From Spirochaetaceae bacterium (GTDB lineage Bacteria; Spirochaetota; Spirochaetia; DSM-2461): a stretch of 64,000 nt of DNA. Position 1 is the stretch's first letter. Each line of letters starts with the position of its first letter. Location: positions 384,001 through 448,000 of the forward strand of contig JAOPTT010000009.1 of the NCBI GenBank assembly GCA_051531975.1, given 5' to 3'. The translations under genes were made by a program, and so were the position numbers. The notes under the pieces were generated by a model. It saw only the letters and a program-made list of their open reading frames with translations, did no database searches and was not told where the DNA came from. This document shows, piece after piece, positions 39,671-48,473 of this stretch.

Positions 39671-40988
39671 AATAACTAAGTATATAATCTTTATTGTAGC
39701 TATACTATTTTTTAATAGTTGCTTAGTTAAAAAAAATCCAACACTACTTATCGGTACATCAAATGCTAAAGTAAGCGAGGAGACAAGAACATGTCTTGAG
39801 TGTCATACCGAGGAGATGCCTGGTATTGTAAATCAGTGGGAAGATGGTTCCCATGGTAAGGAAGGTATCGGGTGTTTTGAATGTCATGGTGCAGAACCTA
39901 CCGATGTAGATGCAATGGAACATAATGGTTTTACTATTGCTATTATTGTTTCTCCTGCGGATTGTGGAGTATGCCATGAGTTAGAGGCATCTCAATTTTT
40001 AAGCTCACATCACTCTAAAGCTGGTGAAGTTTTAGGTTCTTTGGATAACTACTTAGGTGAAATTGTTGAGGGTGGTCCTGCATCAATTTCAGGATGCCAA
40101 GCCTGTCACGGTTCCTATGTTGAGGTTGAAGAAAATGGTGAACTTAGTGCTGCTACATGGCCAAACTTTGGTGTAGGTCGGGTTAATCCTGATGGTACTT
40201 CTGGTTCCTGTGCATCTTGTCACTCAAGGCATTCAATGAAAAAATCTCAAGCAAGAGACCCTGATACATGTGGTAAATGTCACCTTGGTCCAGATCATCC
40301 TCAGATAGAGATATATAGAAGTTCTAAACATGGGATGATGTACCTAAATAACAAGGATGATATGAACATGGATAGCGATCAGTGGATACCGGGAGAAGAT
40401 TATAACGCAGCTCCAACCTGTGCAACCTGTCATCTATCAGAAACTAAAAATCTTCCTGTTACTCATGATATTGGTAGCAGACTTTCGGTAAATATAAGGG
40501 CACCGATCTCTTTCCCTACAGAAAATGCTGAGGAAAAACGTGATAGTATGAAGGATGTTTGTCTAAGTTGTCATGGAACTGATTTTGTTGATAACTTTTA
40601 TAAACAGTACGATGCTGGAATTGACCTATATAATAATAAGTTTGCAATACCTGCAACAGAAGTCATGAATGAACTAAAAGCAGATGGACTAGTTGATCCT
40701 ATTCAGTTTAATGAAGAGATTGAGTGGGCATATTGGCATCTATGGCATCATGAAGGTCGAAGAGCAAGAAATGGATATGCAATGTTAAGTCCTGATTATG
40801 TTCAATGGCATGGAATGTATGAGGTAGCTGAACGATTTTACTTTGAACTTTTACCTGAAGCAGAGCACTATAAACCTGGTATAATGGATGAAATAATGTC
40901 TAGACCAGAACATCGATGGTTTAGTGGTGATCTTGATGAATCAACACGAGAGGAAGTAAAAAGAATTGAGACACAAAAATATAAATAG
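39657..40988 (+). CDS. Octaheme c-type cytochrome lipoprotein, hydroxylamine oxidoreductase (HAO)-like family
   Basis: Eight CxxCH motifs (CLECH, CFECH, CGVCH, CQACH, CASCH, CGKCH, CATCH, CLSCH), GPDHPQIEIY, C-terminal PDYVQWHG. Lipobox FFNSC if the start is ATG 39657. Confidence 0.88.
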   Translation: MTSFKITKYIIFIVAILFFNSCLVKKNPTLLIGTSNAKVSEETRTCLECHTEEMPGIVNQWEDGSHGKEGIGCFECHGAEPTDVDAMEHNGFTIAIIVSPADCGVCHELEASQFLSSHHSKAGEVLGSLDNYLGEIVEGGPASISGCQACHGSYVEVEENGELSAATWPNFGVGRVNPDGTSGSCASCHSRHSMKKSQARDPDTCGKCHLGPDHPQIEIYRSSKHGMMYLNNKDDMNMDSDQWIPGEDYNAAPTCATCHLSETKNLPVTHDIGSRLSVNIRAPISFPTENAEEKRDSMKDVCLSCHGTDFVDNFYKQYDAGIDLYNNKFAIPATEVMNELKADGLVDPIQFNEEIEWAYWHLWHHEGRRARNGYAMLSPDYVQWHGMYEVAERFYFELLPEAEHYKPGIMDEIMSRPEHRWFSGDLDESTREEVKRIETQKYK

Positions 40989-41913
40989 ACTGTTTAGTGC
41001 TTTAGCTTCAATGAAGCTAGCACTTATTTTACTCATCGTAATAGCAGTAATCTCTGGATTATCAACGTTTGTAATCCAGGGTGAAAGTAATGAGTATTAT
41101 ATCGAAAATTATCCTCTTTTGGGATCTCTGTTTATTAAAATTGGATTTACTAATTTTTTTAGATCCATGTTTTTTATAGCACTTATGGGACTGTTTTTTA
41201 TCAATCTTTCAATGTGTACTATTAAAAGATTATATAAAGAAATAACAGGGGCAATTAAATTAAGACTAGGGCCTGATTTTATTCATATCGGATTATTAAT
41301 TCTTATCGTTGGTGGTAGCATTAACGTTCTTTTAGAACAAGAAGCATCTGTTATGTTATCCATTGGAGATGAGATCTCTGTAGGTGATTATATAGTAACA
41401 CTAAATGACTTCGAGTTTCTTAAGTATGAAAATGGTGCCCCAAAAGATTGGATATCTAATTTAACTATAAAAAAAACTGATGGGGAAATCGTTAGGGATA
41501 ACTTTGAAATAGAGGTTAATAAACCAGTTCGATTTAGTGGTTTTAGTATTTTCCAAAGTAGATATAACGTTATTAATTTTGCCCAGTTAGAATCAGAAGA
41601 TAAACAAATTCATATTGTAAAAAGTGGCTACATGTTTGATAGTAGGGGAAAAAGATATATTTTAGACGATGTAGAACCTGGTAAAAGTGCACTTTTTCAA
41701 GTTGTTGATGAGGAAAACCATACTGATTACTACAGGTATAATATTGGAAGTATTTTAGGTGGATTTAAAGTTCTTGATACTTCGAGGGAGTTGTCTTCAG
41801 GGTTATTAATTAAAAGGGAACCGGCATATATTATGAATTATATTGCACTTGTTTTAATGTTAGCTGGTTTTTTAATCGCATATATACAAAAAATTGGAGT
41901 TAAAGAGAAATGA
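40966..41913 (+). CDS. resB: Cytochrome c biogenesis protein ResB/CcsB (system II)
   Basis: ASMKLA, INLSMCT, PDFIHIG, IEVNKP; C-terminal TM. Confidence 0.88.
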   Translation: MRHKNINRLFSALASMKLALILLIVIAVISGLSTFVIQGESNEYYIENYPLLGSLFIKIGFTNFFRSMFFIALMGLFFINLSMCTIKRLYKEITGAIKLRLGPDFIHIGLLILIVGGSINVLLEQEASVMLSIGDEISVGDYIVTLNDFEFLKYENGAPKDWISNLTIKKTDGEIVRDNFEIEVNKPVRFSGFSIFQSRYNVINFAQLESEDKQIHIVKSGYMFDSRGKRYILDDVEPGKSALFQVVDEENHTDYYRYNIGSILGGFKVLDTSRELSSGLLIKREPAYIMNYIALVLMLAGFLIAYIQKIGVKEK

Positions 41914-42680
41914 TATTACAAATTGCAACAATAATACTTATACCACTAGTAATATTTCAGATGGTTACTGTTTTTAGAGGTAAAACAGAAAAACTAACAA
42001 CACCTATTGTTCTATTATCTGGAGTACTTATTTTAATTACGTTAATAATTCGTTCTTTTCAAATAGGTTTTCCCGCTCTAACAAATACATTTGAAGCACT
42101 GCTATTTTTTGCATGTTCAATACTTATAGTACTAGGGATATATGGAATTAAGTCCAAAGGTAACAATGTTATAAATTTTGGTTCTACTATTGTTGCATTA
42201 ATTTTTCTTTTAATGAGTTCATCCCCATTAACTACTAATGAATTAAATCCTCCAATTCCTGCACTTCAATCAAATTGGTTATTATTACATGTTAGTTTTT
42301 CATTTATTGGGCAAGCTTTTTTTGTAGTATCGTTTATTGCTGCAATTGCATCTTTAGTAAGTAAAACCAAGGTAGAATATTATAGAAAGTTGGTATTAAA
42401 CAGCATTATTATAGGTTATCCAATTTATACAGCCGGAGCTATTATTTTTGGAGCTATATGGGCATCCTACGCATGGGGATCTTTCTGGAGCTGGGACCCT
42501 AAAGAGACTTGGGCACTTATTACATGGTTTGTATATACCATTATATTACATGGTCGAAAAACCAAATATGTCACTGAAGTTCGATTATCCTGGTTATCTA
42601 TTATAGGTTTTGCAGTCTCGTTATTTACGTTTTTTGGGGTAAATTATCTACTGTCTAGTCTACATAGTTATGCTGGTTAA
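41910..42680 (+). CDS. ccsA: Cytochrome c synthase CcsA/ResC (system II)
   Basis: PALQSNWLLLHV, WWD motif GAIWASYAWGSFWSWDPKETWA, and LHSYA. Confidence 0.95.
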   Translation: MILQIATIILIPLVIFQMVTVFRGKTEKLTTPIVLLSGVLILITLIIRSFQIGFPALTNTFEALLFFACSILIVLGIYGIKSKGNNVINFGSTIVALIFLLMSSSPLTTNELNPPIPALQSNWLLLHVSFSFIGQAFFVVSFIAAIASLVSKTKVEYYRKLVLNSIIIGYPIYTAGAIIFGAIWASYAWGSFWSWDPKETWALITWFVYTIILHGRKTKYVTEVRLSWLSIIGFAVSLFTFFGVNYLLSSLHSYAG

Positions 42681-42720
42681 ACTTTAATTTTTAATACAAC
42701 GCAGATTTCATTTTAAAAAA

Positions 42721-42755
42721 AAGAGTCAATGTATAAGCCTATACATTGACTTTTT
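42721..42755 (+). terminator. Intrinsic terminator of the redox operon
   Basis: AGTCAATGTATA-AGCC-TATACATTGACT followed by TTTT, with an A-run before the stem. Confidence 0.8.
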
Positions 42756-42800
42756 AATATAGCAACGTTATTCTTGTTATAGGGTAGGGGGGTATACTAT
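42746..42800 (+). promoter_or_regulatory. csoR-copA promoter and G-tract CsoR-type operator
   Basis: TTGACT-17 bp-TATTCT (42746-42774), then ATAGGGTAGGGGGGTATACTAT just before the ATG; resembles G/C-tract CsoR operators. Confidence 0.6.
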
Positions 42801-43097
42801 ATGGCAGAGAAAACAGTAATCAGAAAGGCTCATCATACATATAAAGATAAACAAAAAATGATAAATAGAATGAGCCGGATTGAAGGACAGATAAGGGGTA
42901 TATCAAAAATGATAGAAGAAGATGTCTATTGTGACGATATATTGCATCAGTTTAAAAGTGTTGAATCAGCGATTAAAGGTGTTAAATCCCAACTATTAGA
43001 AGCACATATGAAAAGCTGTGTTGTGAATCAGATACAAAATGGAAGAGTTGAAGTTATAGATGAACTTCTAAATACCATTAATCAAATGAGTAAGTAG
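42801..43097 (+). CDS. csoR: Copper-sensing repressor CsoR
   Basis: RMSRIEGQIRGI, YCDDIL and EAHMKSC give Cys-His-Cys ligands; lies upstream of copA. Confidence 0.9.
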   Translation: MAEKTVIRKAHHTYKDKQKMINRMSRIEGQIRGISKMIEEDVYCDDILHQFKSVESAIKGVKSQLLEAHMKSCVVNQIQNGRVEVIDELLNTINQMSK

Positions 43098-43108
43098 GTA
43101 GGTAGGAT

Positions 43109-45541
43109 ATGGAAATTATACAACTTAATATACAAGGTATGACCTGTGCATCATGTGTTGCACATGTAGAAAAAGGGATTAAAAAAACTACTGGCATCGA
43201 TATGGCCAGTGTAAATTTAGCTACAGAAAAAGCTACAATTAGCTATGATCCAGATAAAACCAATGTAGACGATATAGTTAAAAGTGTTTTTAATGCTGGT
43301 TATAGTGCCAACATTCCAAATAAAGATAACGAAGACGAAGAAGCAAAAGAAAAAAGTAAACAATTAAAAAGACTAAGAAATCAAACAATAATTTCAGCTT
43401 GTCTGAGTGCACCCTTAGTGTTAGCAATGTTTGCTGGAATATTCAAAATTGAAGCATTAATGTTTTTACATATTCCACTAGTACAGTTTCTTTTAGCAAC
43501 TCCAGTACAGTTCTGGATTGGTGCAAAGTTTTACAAAGGTGGTTGGAAGTCGATTAAAGCAGGTAGTCCTGGGATGGATGTTTTAGTTGCTCTTGGTACG
43601 TCGTCAGCATACTTTTTTAGTATTTTTAACGGCTTTATAGCAAAAAATATAGGTATTGAGACAAATGGGCTCTATTTTGAAGCTTCTGCAATAATTATTA
43701 CTCTAGTTTTATTAGGTAAATATTTAGAGAGTAATGCTAAGGGTAAAACTTCAGAAGCTATTAAAAAGTTGATGGGTCTACAACCTAAATTTGCAAGTAT
43801 TGTAAAAGACGGAGAAGTAATTGAGGTACCAATAGCAGATGTTGTCCCTGGTGATATTGTTTTTATTAAACCTGGGGAGAGAATCCCAGTTGACGGTTTA
43901 GTTACTGATGGTAGTACAGCAATAGATGAGAGTACAATAACAGGTGAAAGTATGCCTGTGGAAAAAAGAGAAGGGGATAAGGTTGTTAGTGGAACTATAA
44001 ATAGTTACGGCTCTATTAAGTTCAAAGCAGAACATGTAGGTAAAGACTCAGTACTTTCTAGAATTATAGCAATTGTAGAAGAAGCTCAAGGTTCTAAAGC
44101 TCCTATTCAGAAACTTGCTGATAAAGTGGCGTCAATTTTTGTTCCTGTTGTATTGATAATTGCTGCAGTTACATTTTTAATATGGTGGTTAATAATAGGT
44201 TCTTTAACAACTGCAATAATATCTGCTGTAGCTGTATTAGTCATCGCTTGTCCATGTGCCTTAGGTCTAGCTACTCCAACAGCAATTATGGTTGGAACTG
44301 GTAAAGGTGCCGAAAGGGGTATACTAATTAAAAATGGCGAGATACTGCAATCTGCTGGTAAGATTACAACAATAATATTGGATAAAACTGGTACAGTAAC
44401 ATTAGGTAAACCAGAAATGCAGGACATATATCCATTAAATGGTAGTCTGGATAAAGATGGTATTTTACAGTTAGCTGGAAGTTTAGAGCAAAACTCTGAA
44501 CACCCTTTAGCAAAAGCAGTTGTAGATGCTGCAAAAGATAAAAAATTAGAATTACAAACTGTAGAGAACTTTATATCAATACCTGGGAAGGGTATTTCCG
44601 CAACCTATCAAAATATAGAATATCTAATTGGAACAGAGAAACTAATGGAAGAAAATAGTATTCCAACCGTTGCCTATATAGAAAAAAAGTCAGAGCTTGA
44701 ATCTATGGGTAATACTGTAGTTATTCTCGCAACTAAAACTGATGTAATAGCACTCATAACTATAGCAGATAGTATAAAAGAGACCTCAAAAGAAGGTGTT
44801 CAGTTATTAGAAGATTTAGGTCTAAATGTATACATGATAACTGGGGACAATAAAAGAACTGCACTATCAATTGCAAAAAAGGCTGGAATAACTAAGGTTT
44901 TAGCAGAAGTTCTACCTGAAGGTAAAGCAAACGAAGTTACTAAACTGCAAGAAAAAGGTGAAGTAGTTGCAATGGTTGGAGATGGTGTTAATGATGCGCC
45001 AGCCTTAGCAGTTGCAAATACTGGAATTGCAATGGGTCACGGTTCAGATATTGCAATGGAGTCTGCAGATATAACATTAATGCGTGGGGACTTAAGGGAG
45101 ATAGCAGCAGCTATTTTGCTCTCTAGAAAAACTATGACTAAAATTAAGCAGAACCTATTTTGGGCATTTTTCTATAACTCCATTGGTATCCCTTTTGCTG
45201 CTTTAGGTTTTTTAAACCCAATAATTGCAGGTGCTGCCATGGCTTTTAGTTCCGTATCTGTTGTTTCTAACTCACTTAGTCTAAGAAATTTTAAAATGAA
45301 AAAGTCGCCGAAACAAGATACTGAGTCTAATAATAACAGTGTAACAATCACAGTAAATGGTATGAGTTGTGGTAAATGTAAAGCAAATGTGGAAAACACA
45401 TCTAAGGCGTTAGATATTGTTAAAGATGCAGTTGTAGACTTAGAAAAAAAAGAGGCTGTTATTACATTTAATGATAATAACGATATGGATATTGATAGAG
45501 TTAAACTAGCAATTAAAGAGGCTGGTTTTAGCCCTGTGTAA
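43109..45541 (+). CDS. copA: Cu(I)-translocating P1B-type ATPase
   Basis: GMTCASC, TGES, CPC, DKTGT, SEHPL, GDGVNDAP, YN and MAFSS motifs; additional C-terminal GMSCGKC HMA domain. Confidence 0.96.
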   Translation: MEIIQLNIQGMTCASCVAHVEKGIKKTTGIDMASVNLATEKATISYDPDKTNVDDIVKSVFNAGYSANIPNKDNEDEEAKEKSKQLKRLRNQTIISACLSAPLVLAMFAGIFKIEALMFLHIPLVQFLLATPVQFWIGAKFYKGGWKSIKAGSPGMDVLVALGTSSAYFFSIFNGFIAKNIGIETNGLYFEASAIIITLVLLGKYLESNAKGKTSEAIKKLMGLQPKFASIVKDGEVIEVPIADVVPGDIVFIKPGERIPVDGLVTDGSTAIDESTITGESMPVEKREGDKVVSGTINSYGSIKFKAEHVGKDSVLSRIIAIVEEAQGSKAPIQKLADKVASIFVPVVLIIAAVTFLIWWLIIGSLTTAIISAVAVLVIACPCALGLATPTAIMVGTGKGAERGILIKNGEILQSAGKITTIILDKTGTVTLGKPEMQDIYPLNGSLDKDGILQLAGSLEQNSEHPLAKAVVDAAKDKKLELQTVENFISIPGKGISATYQNIEYLIGTEKLMEENSIPTVAYIEKKSELESMGNTVVILATKTDVIALITIADSIKETSKEGVQLLEDLGLNVYMITGDNKRTALSIAKKAGITKVLAEVLPEGKANEVTKLQEKGEVVAMVGDGVNDAPALAVANTGIAMGHGSDIAMESADITLMRGDLREIAAAILLSRKTMTKIKQNLFWAFFYNSIGIPFAALGFLNPIIAGAAMAFSSVSVVSNSLSLRNFKMKKSPKQDTESNNNSVTITVNGMSCGKCKANVENTSKALDIVKDAVVDLEKKEAVITFNDNNDMDIDRVKLAIKEAGFSPV

Positions 45542-45554
45542 ATGGGAGTATCAT

Positions 45555-45686
45555 ATGAAAATCTTAAGATTAAATATTAAAAGAAAGTGGCTGAATTATT
45601 TAACTAGATTAGAAAAGGTTAATAAAAAGCTTTATGGATCTGGTAGACTAGAATGCTGTGATTTAAATAAAAAGAGAGAAATATAA
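45555..45686 (+). CDS. 43-aa CC-motif putative metal-binding microprotein (not in ORF track)
   Basis: MKILRLNIKRKWLNYLTRLEKVNKKLYGSGRLECCDLNKKREI. GGGAG RBS; starts 13 nt after the copA stop; resembles LDCC-motif proteins. Confidence 0.75.
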   Translation: MKILRLNIKRKWLNYLTRLEKVNKKLYGSGRLECCDLNKKREI

Positions 45687-45753
45687 AATACATTAGGTTT
45701 ACATTTCGTTTATATCTAAATGTTATATTAAAATTCTAGATAAGGAGTATAAA

Positions 45754-46005
45754 ATGTATAATTTATTTGGACGATTTTGTAATGGGTTCTCCTGGTTTGG
45801 AAGAACTCCAGTTGGAGGTTATATTATGATGGGTATAGGACTAATTTTAGTAATAGTTTTAATTTATTTTATATTTAAGAATAGGTCTATTTCTAATAAT
45901 TCAGAAGTAGATAGCCCTTTGAATCTTCTTAAAAAAAGGTTCGTAAATGGGGATATTGATGAGGCTGAATATTTAAAGAAAAAAGATATTCTAGAAGGAA
46001 AATAA
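45754..46005 (+). CDS. SHOCT-domain small membrane protein
   Basis: Single TM followed by PLNLLKKRFVNGDIDEAEYLKKKDIL; AAGGAG RBS. Confidence 0.88.
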   Translation: MYNLFGRFCNGFSWFGRTPVGGYIMMGIGLILVIVLIYFIFKNRSISNNSEVDSPLNLLKKRFVNGDIDEAEYLKKKDILEGK

Positions 46006-46013
46006 TAATACAT

Positions 46014-46045
46014 TATCCCCTTTGTAGTAATACTACTGGGGGATA
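46014..46045. terminator. Hairpin between convergent operons
   Basis: TATCCCC..GTAGT-AAT-ACTAC..GGGGATA. Confidence 0.6.
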
Positions 46046-46062
46046 GATTTTTATAGGAAGTT

Positions 46063-47259
46063 TTATTTTAATTTTTTTGTTATTAAATAACTAAAAACTA
46101 AGAAGACTCCTGAACCTATAAGTGCCCATAATATTCCACCAAGCTGGTATAATAACCCGGATAGAAGTGTCCCCAATAATCTGCCTGTAGCATTAGCCAT
46201 ATAATAAAATCCTACGTTGGCTGCGGCTTTATCACCCTTTGAATAATCTAGAACTAAAAATGAGTGTATTGATGAATTTAGGGCAAATACAAAACCAAAT
46301 ATAATAAGTCCAATAGTAACAGTGTAAGTCGTAAATATATTAAAACCAAATAGCAGTGTAATAATTATCATTACAGCGGTTAATAGAAGGGAAACAATAG
46401 ATGCAATTTTACCTGTTGGAGCCAAACCTTTTGTCCATTTTCTTAAAATTGAAGGTGCTAAACTTTGTATAATTCCATAACCTATAACCCAACTAGCCAT
46501 AAATGCCCCAACCTGGGAGTGGCTCCATTTAAAATAAACAGAAAAATAGACAGGTAGTGCTACAACAAACCAAATATCCCTAGATGCAAATAGAAATACT
46601 CTAGCACCTGAAAGTAACTTTAATGAGTTTGGTATATCAAATAAACTTTTAAAATTAACCTTACTTTTTGTCTCCCCAATGTTGTTTGGTAGAAATGATA
46701 AAGAAAGAGTTAATACTATTATTATTAACAGACTTAATATCCATAATCCATATTTAAAGCCAACGGTTTGTAGTAAATAACCACCTACAAAAAATCCAAG
46801 ACCTTTTATCGCATTTTTAGATCCGGTTAATATCGATACAAGTTTAAATAATTTAGAGCTTTCATCCTTAGGAACAAGAAACTTAACAGCTGTTTTAGAA
46901 CTCATTTTTGTTAGATCTTTAGACATTCCAGATATAGCCTGAATTATCATAACAAATGGTATTGCTAGGGCTGGTGCCCAGTTACTATTCATAAAGGATA
47001 GAGATATTAATGCAATTGGTTGTATTGCTAATCCTGATATTAAAGTAAATTTAAGTCCTTTTGTTTGGGCCAACCATCCACCTAATAAGTTAGTAATAAT
47101 TCCAAATATTTCATAAAAAAGAAATAGAAATGCCAATGTGACAGGGGAGTACCCAAGGTTGTTAAAATATAGTAGTACTAACATTCGTAGGGCACCATCT
47201 GTTAACATAAACATCCAGTAAGACCCTGTAACTATTCCGTAAGCTCCTAATTTTTTCAT
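46063..47259 (-). CDS. arsJ: Organoarsenical efflux MFS transporter ArsJ
   Basis: [59 protein letters not shown]; directly downstream of a GAPDH. Confidence 0.93.
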   Translation of the reverse strand: MKKLGAYGIVTGSYWMFMLTDGALRMLVLLYFNNLGYSPVTLAFLFLFYEIFGIITNLLGGWLAQTKGLKFTLISGLAIQPIALISLSFMNSNWAPALAIPFVMIIQAISGMSKDLTKMSSKTAVKFLVPKDESSKLFKLVSILTGSKNAIKGLGFFVGGYLLQTVGFKYGLWILSLLIIIVLTLSLSFLPNNIGETKSKVNFKSLFDIPNSLKLLSGARVFLFASRDIWFVVALPVYFSVYFKWSHSQVGAFMASWVIGYGIIQSLAPSILRKWTKGLAPTGKIASIVSLLLTAVMIIITLLFGFNIFTTYTVTIGLIIFGFVFALNSSIHSFLVLDYSKGDKAAANVGFYYMANATGRLLGTLLSGLLYQLGGILWALIGSGVFLVFSYLITKKLK

Positions 47260-48257
47260 ATAGCCAATGATATTTTAGAGCAAAAGTCAGCCATTCTGTT
47301 TACATACCCAATTTCGTTGTCGTACCAGGCCAAAATCTTAATTTGTGTTTTATTAATAACCATAGTTGACAAGCCATCAATAATAGATGATCTAATATCA
47401 TCTTTATAATCTACCGATACCAACGGTCTATCTTCAAAGCCTAATATATCTTTTAAATATGTGCCCGATGCTTCTTTTAACAGAGCATTAACTTCAGTTA
47501 CATCTGTCTCTCGATTAACCTCAAAAACACAGTCAGTTAAAGATGCGTTTAACATTGGAACTCTAACTGCAAGACCATTTAATTTACCTTCTAGTTCAGG
47601 GTAGATCATGGTAATTGCTGTTGCAGAACCTGTTGTCGTAGGTATTAAAGACAAACTACAAGCTCTAGCTCTTCTTAAATCTTTATGCGGAGCATCAATA
47701 ATTGTTTGAGTATTTGTTATGTCATGAATTGTAGTCATACACCCATGTTTTATCCCTAACTGCTCGTTAATTACTTTAACTACAGGTGCTAAACAGTTTG
47801 TAGTACACGATGCTGATGTTACTAAATTATGTTTAGAAGGATCATATAAATCATCATTAATTCCATATACAACATTTAGTGCTCTACCTTTAACAGGAGC
47901 TGATACTAATACTGTGTTAACCCCATTATCATAATATGGCTGTAGTGATTCTTCATCTTTAAAAACACCACTACATTCAACAACTATATCTATACCTTGC
48001 ACATCAATTTCTGCTGGGGTAGAACAATTACTAAATCGAATATTTTGTCCTTCAACAATTATAGAACCGGAGGATGAAGAAATCTCTTTTTTCCATATTC
48101 CATGGATAGAATCAAACTCCAATAGATGTGCAGCAGTTTCAGCTCCACCTTGTAGTTCGTTTATAGCAACTATATCAAACTCAGGATTATCAAATCCAGC
48201 CCTAAAAAATAGCCTTCCCATTCTTCCAAACCCATTAATAAGTACTTTTTTAGACAT
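47256..48257 (-). CDS. gap: ArsJ-associated glyceraldehyde-3-phosphate dehydrogenase
   Basis: [29 protein letters not shown] overlap with arsJ. Start moved to ATG 48257, which follows GGAGG. Confidence 0.93.
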   Translation of the reverse strand: MSKKVLINGFGRMGRLFFRAGFDNPEFDIVAINELQGGAETAAHLLEFDSIHGIWKKEISSSSGSIIVEGQNIRFSNCSTPAEIDVQGIDIVVECSGVFKDEESLQPYYDNGVNTVLVSAPVKGRALNVVYGINDDLYDPSKHNLVTSASCTTNCLAPVVKVINEQLGIKHGCMTTIHDITNTQTIIDAPHKDLRRARACSLSLIPTTTGSATAITMIYPELEGKLNGLAVRVPMLNASLTDCVFEVNRETDVTEVNALLKEASGTYLKDILGFEDRPLVSVDYKDDIRSSIIDGLSTMVINKTQIKILAWYDNEIGYVNRMADFCSKISLAI

Positions 48258-48473
48258 AACAATCCTCCATATATAACTACTTTTACATTTTAACAAATAG
48301 TAATCAATAAATGAAGGAATTGTTAACACAAATCTAACATAACCATATAAAACTACTTAGAAATATATTAGTGAAATTATGATTAGAAGATTGATATTCA
48401 TTAAATCCTACTAAACCAGTATGAATACTTGTAAAATTACTTTCCACGAACTATATTTATTAAGAGGTGTATC

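Noticed and set aside
39657..40988. NrfA/ONR nitrite reductase, or evidence of ammonia oxidation or anammox
   Set aside because: No CxxCK heme motif, and no amo, cycA/cycB or hzs genes in the window. The context points to electron input from NADH.
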